Source of the DNA: a phage
Assembly (NCBI GenBank): GCA_018167155.1
Contig: GCA_018167155.1_4332.1
DNA length: 43,803 bases
Direction: 5' to 3' (one strand)
Of the stretch, positions 1 to 7,385 are shown in pieces; position 1 is the stretch's first letter; every line of letters begins with the position of its first letter. The position numbers and the translations under genes are program-made. The notes beneath the pieces were generated by a model. The model ran no database searches and had not been told where the DNA came from. It saw nothing but the letters and a program-made list of their open reading frames with translations.

Positions 1-30
1 AAAAAAAATCCCGGCTGGGTCAGGGCCGGG
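1..30 (-). terminator. Rho-independent terminator ending the leftward lysis operon
   Basis: Minus-strand transcript forms a CCCGGC...GCCGGG stem (about 10-30) followed by a run of 8 U (plus-strand A1-A8), 67 nt downstream of the lysozyme stop. Confidence 0.7.
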
Positions 31-96
31 ATAAAACTGGAGAGCAGAGGGATGGAACAGGAGGTGATTTAAGTATCGTCGGATTAGTCTTGGGTG

Positions 97-585
97 TCAA
101 CCTTTCACCGCGCGCCCGATAGCCTCTGCCTCTTGCCACGGTTTACCGTCAAACAGCGCCAGGCGACCGGCGGTACGGCGACGCAGGCCGAGGAGCGGTT
201 TGCCGTTCTGGTTGATGAACAGCGCCAGCTTAGCCCGCAGCGTCGCGATATCCCCGGAACGCAGCGCCTTACCCGTGCCAGTAGTAGCGGCAATCACACC
301 AGCACCCGCGTTATAGACCAGGTCGCACACAGCATCGAAATGTGCCTGTGTCAGTGAATGGTGTGCTGCCGCATCAACCGCGGCAACGGCCTTAGCCATA
401 TCGCGATTCAGTAACAGGAGGCCTTGCCCGGGAGTGATTGTCTTACCTGGTGTTACGTCTGGGCCATAGTGTCCGTAACCAATAGTCAGGTACTTCTCGT
501 TTGGTGTAGCACGATACGCAGTTCCGCGGAACCCCTCAAACGCGGCGGTAAAATGCAACCCGTTATCTGAAATGTTTCGAGACAC
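97..585 (-). CDS. Endolysin, glycoside hydrolase family 24 (T4-type lysozyme)
   Basis: ORF track 97..636 contains the motif FEGFRGTAYR...YLTIGYGHYG typical of phage lysozymes with catalytic Glu. Track start is TTG at 636; a GTG at about 585 preceded by GGAGGA is the more likely start. Confidence 0.85.
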   Translation of the reverse strand: MSRNISDNGLHFTAAFEGFRGTAYRATPNEKYLTIGYGHYGPDVTPGKTITPGQGLLLLNRDMAKAVAAVDAAAHHSLTQAHFDAVCDLVYNAGAGVIAATTGTGKALRSGDIATLRAKLALFINQNGKPLLGLRRRTAGRLALFDGKPWQEAEAIGRAVKG

Positions 586-835
586 GCTTATGTCCTCCGT
601 ATGACAGCCACGCCTGACGAATCTGACGCAGCGCAACTAATGTGATTAATGTCTCAGGCAGCGTCGGCGACATGCTGCCCTGTAACAGGTGGATACATCC
701 GGCGGCGCAGACGATAGCAGTCAGGATATAGAGCACCCGACCAAATAGCCCGTCGTCTACGCTGGGATGGTATACGTTAAACAGCGATGTGCCCCCGATT
801 GCCAGCATACCACCGAACCAGAATAACTCATTCAT
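563..835 (-). CDS. Holin-like small membrane protein
   Basis: ORF track 563..874; ATG start at 835 (MNELFWFGGMLAIGG...). About 90 aa, two hydrophobic helices and a charged C-terminus, directly upstream of and overlapping the lysozyme gene. Confidence 0.65.
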   Translation of the reverse strand: MNELFWFGGMLAIGGTSLFNVYHPSVDDGLFGRVLYILTAIVCAAGCIHLLQGSMSPTLPETLITLVALRQIRQAWLSYGGHKRVSKHFR

Positions 836-1136
836 CCGGGCCTCCTCGACGTGCGATGTATTCTCCGGCGACAATACCGGAGAGACGGGAATAGATAGGC
901 ATCCAGAGAATAGCGATTATGAAGCCCAGGCCTGCGATTTCACGGTCGCCCGTGATACCGAACCATTGAGCCGCGAGAGGTGCGCCAAATACGGCGCAAG
1001 TGAAGCCAGTTGCAATAAAGCAGAAGCCGTCTATGGGGCCAGAAATAACGGACTTATGTTGTCGTAGTCCGATTACCCCACCGGCTAGTGCGGCAGTGAG
1101 AAGCCAGCCTGTCACTGTTTCAGTAAATTTATCCAA
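828..1136 (-). CDS. Holin or antiholin-like membrane protein
   Basis: 102 aa with multiple hydrophobic segments, TTG start preceded by GGAGGA, overlaps the next holin gene by 8 nt. Confidence 0.55.
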   Translation of the reverse strand: MDKFTETVTGWLLTAALAGGVIGLRQHKSVISGPIDGFCFIATGFTCAVFGAPLAAQWFGITGDREIAGLGFIIAILWMPIYSRLSGIVAGEYIARRGGPDE

Positions 1137-1211
1137 GATGAATCCTCCAGGTGCGTATTAAGTATGCAGTAACTGGAGGATACCACGGGTAGGAATTATC
1201 TTAATAACGGT

Positions 1212-1505
1212 TTATTTGTGTCTCCAGATGTATTGTCGTCTCTGCGGTTTCGTCGGAATATCTTCATAACCCAGCGATTTCCAGTAATTAAATAGCCGAT
1301 TAGCAATAGCCGCGCGCTCCTGTGTCTTAAACTCACCGAGATTCACGGCCTTCCCGTTCTGGAATCCACAGGCGCGGACAGCTTTGCGTCTGGCCTGAAT
1401 CTCGGGGTACATCGCGTTACGGCGGCGCTTGTATATCTGTGTTTTAGCTCTCGGTGACAGCGGCGCAAGGCCGCTTCGTTTCAGGATGTCAGTTGCGAGG
1501 CTCAT
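1212..1505 (-). CDS. Hypothetical basic protein
   Basis: ORF track 1212..1529; internal ATG at 1505 overlaps the upstream stop as ATGA (translational coupling). Confidence 0.5.
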   Translation of the reverse strand: MSLATDILKRSGLAPLSPRAKTQIYKRRRNAMYPEIQARRKAVRACGFQNGKAVNLGEFKTQERAAIANRLFNYWKSLGYEDIPTKPQRRQYIWRHK

Positions 1506-1882
1506 GCTATGGCCCCACATTTCGAGCATGTCTGGAAGTCGTCCACATCATGCATAACCCACTCATGCTTGCATTCCTGCGCGTCTTCTTTACGACATCC
1601 GGATTGCCCCATAGCGTCTCCAACCCCTTCCACATGTGTAACGGACCCACAGTTCGCGCACTCGACGTAATCCGGGAACTGGTCTTTGTATTTCTGTAAC
1701 TCGGCTTCCGCTTTTTCGGCACGTGTCAAAAAGCTGAAAGCGTCATTGAGTATCTGCACACGCCGCGCCACGAGTTCCTTGAACTTACGCTCAAGTTCCT
1801 CGTAGTCTTCGTATCTTACGTATTCGCCGTCAGCATCCGCTACACAAAAACCGTTGTTAGAGTATCTCTGAACCATAATCAT
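1502..1882 (-). CDS. Cys-rich hypothetical protein, paralog A (coiled-coil N-term, QSGCRKEDxQECxHxW motif)
   Basis: 126 aa ORF; shares the motif QSGCRKED(A/T)QEC(K/E)H(E/S)W and a C-terminal CxxCG with the protein at 2079..2585. Confidence 0.55.
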   Translation of the reverse strand: MIMVQRYSNNGFCVADADGEYVRYEDYEELERKFKELVARRVQILNDAFSFLTRAEKAEAELQKYKDQFPDYVECANCGSVTHVEGVGDAMGQSGCRKEDAQECKHEWVMHDVDDFQTCSKCGAIA

Positions 1883-2082
1883 TTCTCCTGTTTACCAAGT
1901 CGCTTAGGTGAGCAGATAGTGCGTACCTCTGAATCGATGGGCTTGTCGCCCTGAAACAGGAAGTGCGCGTTCTCTGCGGCGCGTGCCGCTGACTGGCACG
2001 CCTCCATCGAGTAAAACGTTTCTGACGCCGCTAGTTGCATCTGGCCTGCGGATAGTACCCAGATAAAAAGGATGCTGGTCAT
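1879..2082 (-). CDS. Hypothetical small protein with hydrophobic N-terminus
   Basis: 67 aa ORF tiled between the two paralogs with 4-nt overlaps on both sides. Confidence 0.45.
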   Translation of the reverse strand: MTSILFIWVLSAGQMQLAASETFYSMEACQSAARAAENAHFLFQGDKPIDSEVRTICSPKRLGKQEK

Positions 2083-2585
2083 TCAACTCTCCCGCACGCA
2101 CGACACACAACATAATCCTCGTCAGACAACACCCAATCGTGCTCGCATTCCTGAGTATCGTTTTTCGGTTTATATTCCTTGTCGTCCCACTCACGTTTAC
2201 AACATTTAGAGCAAAGCTCACTACCAGGAACGTTGTTCGGATTGCCTTCGCTGAGAAACAACCCAGGCATAATAATCCAAGAGTGCTCGCATTCCTGAGT
2301 ATCTTCCTTACGGCAACCGGATTGCTCAGGCCCGTGCCCACCTACTACGTAGCTCTCCCCTTTAGGTAAAGGACCGCCCCGCCCTGTTACGCGGCCAAAG
2401 TCTTCATTCATCAACTTTATTGTCTCCTGCAACTCAGCCACCAGTGCCGAAGCATCACGTAACTGGTTCTTAAGTGACAGCACCTCATGGGCCAGGTCTT
2501 CGCACTGTTGCTTGTATGGGTTGTTACTTACCTGCTGCCGTAGCTGGTCAATCAGGTATTCGAATACTTCGTTTTTGTTACTCAT
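2079..2585 (-). CDS. Cys-rich hypothetical protein, paralog B (two copies of the QEC-H-W module)
   Basis: 168 aa; N-terminal coiled coil, then SGCRKEDTQECEHSW and DTQECEHDW repeats and a C-terminal CRACG. First gene after the leftward promoter at about 2616-2644. Confidence 0.55.
   Translation of the reverse strand: MSNKNEVFEYLIDQLRQQVSNNPYKQQCEDLAHEVLSLKNQLRDASALVAELQETIKLMNEDFGRVTGRGGPLPKGESYVVGGHGPEQSGCRKEDTQECEHSWIIMPGLFLSEGNPNNVPGSELCSKCCKREWDDKEYKPKNDTQECEHDWVLSDEDYVVCRACGRVE
2148..2303. repeat. Two exact 21-bp direct repeats (GTGCTCGCATTCCTGAGTATC) inside paralog B
   Basis: Copies at 2148-2168 and 2283-2303; a related copy sits near 1561-1580 in paralog A. Confidence 0.7.
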
Positions 2586-2615
2586 CTCTGTCTTTCCTCT
2601 CGTTTGTGTAAATGA

Positions 2616-2644
2616 ATAGTAGCCTATTATATCTTAGTGTGCAA
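2616..2644 (-). promoter_or_regulatory. Sigma70-like promoter (minus-strand TTGCAC-N17-TACTAT) with embedded AATAG-N4-CTATT palindrome
   Basis: Plus-strand gtgcaa at 2639-2644 and atagta at 2616-2621 with 17-nt spacing; palindrome AATAGTAGCCTATT at 2615-2628; 30 nt upstream of the start at 2585. Confidence 0.6.
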
Positions 2645-2791
2645 GTAAATTTTATTGGTGTTTGTATTGTTGCATCTCCTGCAATAGTCGCTTTGATTGT
2701 TGCGTTTGGTGAAATAGAACAAAAATGATACGCTGCTGGGTAGCAGCGTAAGTCACTCAGTAAAATCCCAAACTATTGTTACAATATAACA

Positions 2792-2977
2792 TCACACTTC
2801 TGGTGGCTCTGGTAACGGCATCCAGTGTGTGATATCACCATGATATAAACTCTTTGCGGGCCCCCAGTAGCCATCTGAATTAACACGCATAACCTCACAG
2901 CCAACAAAACCATCAGTTACAAGAACGTATTCATAAGGCTCTGGCATCCGCTGACTACACTTAACCCACTCACTCAT
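2792..2977 (-). CDS. DUF551-family phage protein
   Basis: 61 aa with W...RMPE...THWMPLPEPP, the signature I recognise for DUF551; SD GAGGTGA upstream. Confidence 0.6.
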   Translation of the reverse strand: MSEWVKCSQRMPEPYEYVLVTDGFVGCEVMRVNSDGYWGPAKSLYHGDITHWMPLPEPPEV

Positions 2978-2980
2978 AAA

Positions 2981-3124
2981 TCACCTCGTATTCATCGCAT
3001 ACTGCACACCAGCTTTCCACGCCCGCCACGCGAGACGCGTCTTAACGTTCAGGTACTCTTTCTTTGAACCCTTGTTAACAGGCAGACCCTCGACGACGGC
3101 CCACCGTTCGAATGCTTCTCTCAT
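2981..3124 (-). CDS. Hypothetical small protein (about 47 aa; hand-called, below track cutoff)
   Basis: ATG overlaps the upstream stop as ATGA and its stop lies 3 nt before the DUF551 start; reads MREAFERWAVVEGLPVNKGSKKEYLNVKTRLAWRAWKAGVQYAMNTR. Confidence 0.35.
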   Translation of the reverse strand: MREAFERWAVVEGLPVNKGSKKEYLNVKTRLAWRAWKAGVQYAMNTR

Positions 3125-3396
3125 ATGCGCGTCTCCTTCTTATCATTTACATGCACCCAAAACTCACCACCAGCCCAACACCACAGAAGCCACTCAGTTC
3201 GGCGCACCCAGCCATAGTCCTTTCTTGCGCTAATCGGATAAACGTCTTTGCAAAAATAATACCCTGTACTAAGAAACTCAGGGTCGCGCGTCGCGGTGCG
3301 CCACATGTTGTAAAACTGTTCAAGTCCGGCGCCACGGCGCAATACCTGTATTTTATGCAGGGAACTGGAAACATAATTAAGTTCGTTATTATTCAC
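3121..3396 (-). CDS. Hypothetical protein
   Basis: ORF track 3121..3432; a GTG at about 3396 preceded by AGGGAGG is the likelier start. Confidence 0.45.
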   Translation of the reverse strand: MNNNELNYVSSSLHKIQVLRRGAGLEQFYNMWRTATRDPEFLSTGYYFCKDVYPISARKDYGWVRRTEWLLWCWAGGEFWVHVNDKKETRI

Positions 3397-3628
3397 GGCA
3401 ACCTCCCTCAGAGTCGTCGGCACTCGCATCATGATTCGATGCCGTTGTGTGTACCTTCGCCTCGGCTTTAGTTACTGGCACTTTGTAATGTCCTACCTTA
3501 ATCCACCAGCCATCGTTACAGGAGTCCAGCATATCAAAAACATCACCAACATTTACGCCTATGCTTTCCAGAGTATCGTTAGCTGTTTCGTAGGTAACGG
3601 TGTTATCTGTAATTATGATTTGCATCAC
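3389..3628 (-). CDS. Hypothetical protein
   Basis: 79 aa ORF, co-directional and tightly packed with its neighbours. Confidence 0.5.
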   Translation of the reverse strand: MMQIIITDNTVTYETANDTLESIGVNVGDVFDMLDSCNDGWWIKVGHYKVPVTKAEAKVHTTASNHDASADDSEGGCRE

Positions 3629-3822
3629 TTCACCCCTTTGAATTTAAAATTGTTGCCGATGAGTTCTAAATCGGATGGCTTGCGATACGCTATCCATGAA
3701 CCTGTAACAGTTTTAACAGGCAAGAATCCTTTAAATTCAGATTCAATATTAATAGGCTTGCTGACAACCTGAACTAAAAGCCCTGTACCTATATCCCTGG
3801 CCAACTGACCCTTCTTAAACAT
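3625..3822 (-). CDS. Hypothetical protein (first gene of the leftward operon)
   Basis: ORF track 3625..3831; ATG at 3822 preceded by GAGGAGTGAGGG; promoter immediately upstream. Confidence 0.5.
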   Translation of the reverse strand: MFKKGQLARDIGTGLLVQVVSKPINIESEFKGFLPVKTVTGSWIAYRKPSDLELIGNNFKFKGVK

Positions 3823-3856
3823 AACCCTCACTCCTCTGTCTCGTTCCGATAAGTGA

Positions 3857-3885
3857 ATAGTATCCTATTATGTTGGGGTGTGCAA
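3857..3885 (-). promoter_or_regulatory. Sigma70-like promoter (TTGCAC-N17-TACTAT) with AATAG-N4-CTATT palindrome
   Basis: Plus-strand gtgcaa 3880-3885 and atagta 3857-3862; palindrome AATAGTATCCTATT at 3856-3869. Confidence 0.6.
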
Positions 3886-4266
3886 GAGATTCATTGAAAA
3901 TGGTTACGTTGCCGTTGTGGATTCTTTATGGGAGGTTGTGCCTTTATTCTTATTACTTGGTAACTAAAGGGCAGGCCTTAAGCCTGCCCAATAATCGTTA
4001 CATTTTTACGGTCGCGAATCTATGGCACATTAAGAAAATCAGATACTTAAGAGATATGCTGCCGATGTGAATAGAGCTTGCCCAGGGCAACCGGAGATAC
4101 TTAGGAAGGAAAGTTACGACAATTCTTATGTTCAGTAAGCCTGTGTTTAACCCTTTGCTTGACGCACGGGTTAAACATTCTTACAAGGTGAACAAGAATC
4201 AAAGTAACTAAGATATAGAAGCACCTTAAACGAAGATTTTCATAATGTCAATAGGTGCGATTATGT

Positions 4267-4295
4267 TTGATTTCCCATTATTCGCAATGTATACT
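4267..4295 (+). promoter_or_regulatory. Sigma70-like promoter TTGATT-N17-TATACT for the rightward replication operon
   Basis: Hexamers at 4267-4272 and 4290-4295, about 30 nt upstream of the SD and ATG at 4328; lacks the AATAG palindrome. Confidence 0.5.
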
Positions 4296-4327
4296 TGGTT
4301 TCGTTAACTGATAGTGAGGGTTTGAGA

Positions 4328-4498
4328 ATGACTCAGAATGAGGTAGCTGAGCGTATCGGGGTTACTCGTCGCACGCTTAATAACTGGTTAAAGAGTGGGA
4401 AGTTCCCGGATTGTTGTATTCGCATTATGGGTCGCCGGCAGCCAGGTACGTTCGACCCGGAGAAAGTGGAAGCGTGGATTAAGGAGAATGTGAAATGA
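4328..4498 (+). CDS. AlpA/excisionase-like HTH DNA-binding protein
   Basis: ORF track 4295..4498; ATG at 4328 after GAGGG; motif VAERIGVTRRTLNNWLKSGKFP...VEAWI resembles AlpA-family HTH regulators. Confidence 0.5.
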   Translation: MTQNEVAERIGVTRRTLNNWLKSGKFPDCCIRIMGRRQPGTFDPEKVEAWIKENVK

Positions 4499-4728
4499 CC
4501 GAGTTCCAGTCACGTGTATTTACGGCAGTCGTTTCATTAACCCGTAAAAAAGGGTCGTGCAGCGTTATGGACTTGCGCCGTAGTTATTTTAAGTACTATA
4601 GTTCAGCCATTATTGAAGGGTCGTTACGTGTACTGGTTAAATCCGGTGTCGTGAAAAATGTTGGCGGGAAATATAGTGCCGTTGCCGAAGTTCGCGGAAT
4701 GACCGCTACTTTAGAAGACCTGGAATAA
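4495..4728 (+). CDS. Hypothetical protein
   Basis: 77 aa, ATGA-coupled to the upstream gene. Confidence 0.5.
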   Translation: MTEFQSRVFTAVVSLTRKKGSCSVMDLRRSYFKYYSSAIIEGSLRVLVKSGVVKNVGGKYSAVAEVRGMTATLEDLE

Positions 4729-4787
4729 AAGAAAGCCCCGACGCGGTGAACGCCGAGGCCAAATTACTTGCTGAAGGAATATACAAC

Positions 4788-7028
4788 ATGTCCGATGTAA
4801 TTTTATCCTACTCTTGGTCCCGTCGCAACGCGCGGGCAGAGAAAAAGGATATAAACGTCAGAACCACCCACACGGCAACACTGGACGACCTGAAAGAGTT
4901 AATCCGGCCGCTTGATGCTGTTCGTGGTGGGATTAACCCGAAGACCGCGCCCGGTTATATCACCGCCGCGTGCGACTCGACGCACAGCACCGTAAAAGAC
5001 CCGGAAACAGGGGACTTTAAGCAGGCGCGTAAAGGCTTCTTTTATCGCTGTGATGCGTCTGTAAGCAAATCGTCGCTGGCGTACCTGGACTTTGACAGCG
5101 CAACGCCGGAAGAGTACCAGGAAGCTGTGCGCCTGGTTAAGCGCAGCCGCCAGGCCATGTGCCTCTACACCACGGCATCACATACCGACGAATCGCCGCG
5201 CTTTCGCGTCGTTATGCCGCTGGCCCGTCCGGTCGAAGGTGGTAACATCATCCGTGTTCGCCACGGATTGCTGGAGCACTTCTTCAAAGGCATGGGCGCG
5301 GATCGCAGCGGGTTCACTCTTTCGCAGCCGATGTACCTGCCGCCGGTTGGCTCTACCGTTATCTGGTCGCGCCGCAACGACCTGATTGACCCGGACGAAT
5401 TACTGGAAGGCATCCCGGATTACGAGGTGAGCAGCGCATCTGACTACCAGATACCGGAAGAACTGCGCACTGCATTTACCAACGCATTCGAGGCATTAGC
5501 GTTTGAGTACGGCGGCATCATGACACCCCGCGGCCTTAAGATGCCGGCCACACCAGAACACGCCGAAAACTACAGCGACCCGACGCCGCGCCATGACGAC
5601 TTCCTGCTGTGCTTCCCGCGCGAGGGATATGAAGCGCCGAATGTAACAATGATTCACGACACCGACATTACGGCAACCGAAGGCATGTCACCGAAAGAGG
5701 TGTGGAAATACGCGTGCGATGCGACCGGGCTGCCGTTCGGTGAAGTGGCTGAGGCGATAGGATGGGGCGCACGTGAATCTGCCTCATGCAGCCTTGACGA
5801 CCTGGAAGACGACGAGGACTCAGAGGATGGCGAGCTACCGGAACCAGTAAAGGCTGATTTCATCGTCGAAGGGTACATGCCGTCGGATTGTATCTGGGAT
5901 ATCGTCGGGGAATCTGGCACGTACAAATCGTTCTATACGCTGGGGATGATGTACCTTAGCGCCGCCGGATACCGGTTTGCCGGGGCTGATACCCAGCGTT
6001 GCCACCATTTCTATATCGACGGTGAGGGTGGCGCGGCCACACGTACACGTATTGATGCACTCGCGGCTAAATATGGCGAGGAAGGTAAAGATTACGTACA
6101 TGTCATCGACATGGGCGAAGTTGGAAAACTGAAAAGCCTGATTAAGCTAATGCGCGAAACTGCTGGCGACGAGCCAATTGGGATGGTTGCCTTTGACACA
6201 CTCAACCAGACGCTGGCGCTGACGATTGATAAGTTCGACGAGAATAGTTCATCAACGGCAATCGGCATGGGTAAAGTTATAGCCATCCTGAAAGAAGTTC
6301 GCGACGCGACTAGAGCCGCAGTAGGCGTTGTTCACCACACACCGAAGGGTGGAAAGAAAGCCCGTGGCAGCGGGGCATTGTACGCGGGCGTCGACGTGGA
6401 ACTGACAATCGAACGCGCTACTAACCAACAAATAAACGTATACCACTCAAAATTTAAGCACGGTCCTCAACAGAAAACGGTTGGTATGGTTCTGGAGTCT
6501 GTACAGTTCCGTGAAGCTCCGCCTCCAAAAGAGTACCGCGCGGTTGAGTTCCTCGGTAGCACGGAGGAATACGGCACAATCGTAAACCTCGACCTGCCTG
6601 AGCCGCACAAAGCGCTTGTTCTGATGCCGTGGGGTTTCGAGCCGTTCAAGACCGACGAGGAGAAAGAGCGGGAAGAAGGGCTGACAAAGGAAGGTAAAGA
6701 AAACGTAAAGAATGCCGTAAAACGTGGGAAGGATGAAGGGTGTAAGGAATCAATACTCGCTGCGCTGGAAGACCTGCAGCAGTCCGACGACACTGGACGC
6801 GGTTTCACCCAACGGCAGATAGTAGCGAACTCTGGCGACCACGCCATCACCAACCACCATCTTGAGAAGATGCTGAAAGACGGTGAGTTGATGCTTGGGT
6901 GTGATATTGACGGTGAAGTTATTCCCGGTACATACCGGATACCGGAAAAGATGGGTGACAGATTAAGACCGAAGACAATATACGAACCTAATGAAATGCT
7001 GATAGTTACAGAAGAGGATTTAGAGTAG
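4788..7028 (+). CDS. Primase-helicase-like replication protein (N-terminal AEP primase-polymerase motifs, C-terminal RecA-like P-loop ATPase)
   Basis: ORF track 4746..7028 (GTG); ATG at 4788 after AAGGA. N-terminal LDFDSA (DxD) and ASHTDESPRFRVVMPL (sxH) are AEP primase motifs; C-terminal Walker A GESGTYKS and HHTPKGG suggest a RepA/DnaB-like ATPase. Confidence 0.6.
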   Translation: MSDVILSYSWSRRNARAEKKDINVRTTHTATLDDLKELIRPLDAVRGGINPKTAPGYITAACDSTHSTVKDPETGDFKQARKGFFYRCDASVSKSSLAYLDFDSATPEEYQEAVRLVKRSRQAMCLYTTASHTDESPRFRVVMPLARPVEGGNIIRVRHGLLEHFFKGMGADRSGFTLSQPMYLPPVGSTVIWSRRNDLIDPDELLEGIPDYEVSSASDYQIPEELRTAFTNAFEALAFEYGGIMTPRGLKMPATPEHAENYSDPTPRHDDFLLCFPREGYEAPNVTMIHDTDITATEGMSPKEVWKYACDATGLPFGEVAEAIGWGARESASCSLDDLEDDEDSEDGELPEPVKADFIVEGYMPSDCIWDIVGESGTYKSFYTLGMMYLSAAGYRFAGADTQRCHHFYIDGEGGAATRTRIDALAAKYGEEGKDYVHVIDMGEVGKLKSLIKLMRETAGDEPIGMVAFDTLNQTLALTIDKFDENSSSTAIGMGKVIAILKEVRDATRAAVGVVHHTPKGGKKARGSGALYAGVDVELTIERATNQQINVYHSKFKHGPQQKTVGMVLESVQFREAPPPKEYRAVEFLGSTEEYGTIVNLDLPEPHKALVLMPWGFEPFKTDEEKEREEGLTKEGKENVKNAVKRGKDEGCKESILAALEDLQQSDDTGRGFTQRQIVANSGDHAITNHHLEKMLKDGELMLGCDIDGEVIPGTYRIPEKMGDRLRPKTIYEPNEMLIVTEEDLE

Positions 7029-7029
7029 G

Positions 7030-7056
7030 TAAAAAGAAAGGGGCGTTAAGCCCCTT
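7030..7056. terminator. Hairpin terminator between convergent genes
   Basis: AGGGGC-GTTAA-GCCCCT stem-loop; on the minus strand it is followed by TTTCTTTTT (terminates the XRE gene). Confidence 0.5.
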
Positions 7057-7261
7057 CACCGAACGCCAGCCACTTGGCGTCTACTTCCAGCACTTCCGCC
7101 AGTTTAAACAGCGTTGCCGGGCGGACGTCCTGAGTTACACCGAGCGCAAGTTGGTTAATTGCGCCCTGGGAAACACCAGCCAGGACAGCCAAACGGCGCT
7201 GGGAGATGCCGAGTTCTTTACGGCGTTGTTCTACACGGATGCCTAGTTCAGATGGTTGCAT
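7046..7261 (-). CDS. XRE-family (Cro/CI-type) helix-turn-helix transcriptional regulator
   Basis: 71 aa; LGISQRRLAVLAGVSQGAINQLALG is a classic HTH_3 motif. The only leftward gene inside the rightward operon; SD AAGGAG upstream of the ATG. Confidence 0.75.
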   Translation of the reverse strand: MQPSELGIRVEQRRKELGISQRRLAVLAGVSQGAINQLALGVTQDVRPATLFKLAEVLEVDAKWLAFGEGA

Positions 7262-7281
7262 GTCAATTACTCCTTAGTTAG

Positions 7282-7354
7282 TTGATATGTGAATAGTACC
7301 ATATTAATTATTTTATAAAAGCACATTGACATGTGAATAGTTCGCTATTATAGT
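7282..7354. promoter_or_regulatory. Divergent control region with two copies of the AATAG-N4-CTATT operator-like palindrome
   Basis: Copy 1 AATAGTACCATATT at 7292-7305; copy 2 AATAGTTCGCTATT at 7336-7349 inside TTGACA(7326-7331)-N17-TATAGT(7349-7354), which drives the + gene at 7386. A minus-strand TACTAT over copy 1 may serve the XRE gene. Confidence 0.55.
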
Positions 7355-7385
7355 TAGTCCATACCAAACGAGAGGAGAGAAACAG

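Noticed and set aside
97-636. TTG start at 636 for the lysozyme gene
   Set aside because: It would overlap the holin gene by 74 nt and has no RBS; a GTG at about 585 with a GGAGGA SD gives an 8-residue lead before the conserved lysozyme core.
1904-2341. 145-aa minus-strand ORF
   Set aside because: Out-of-frame overlap with two tightly coupled genes (1879..2082 and 2079..2585) that have better start contexts and a conserved paralog motif.
3870-4070. 66-aa plus-strand ORF in the divergent intergenic region
   Set aside because: No RBS or promoter in the right place; overlaps the leftward promoter and the large hairpin. More likely non-coding regulatory DNA.
5092-6853. Several 60-130 aa ORFs on both strands inside the primase-helicase gene
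   Set aside because: All lie within or antisense to a single long ORF with coherent domain architecture; typical high-GC frame artefacts.
7046-7261. CI-like repressor implying a temperate phage or prophage
   Set aside because: No integrase, excisionase-attachment pair or lysogeny module anywhere in the window. A lone XRE regulator is better read as a lytic-cycle transcription regulator.
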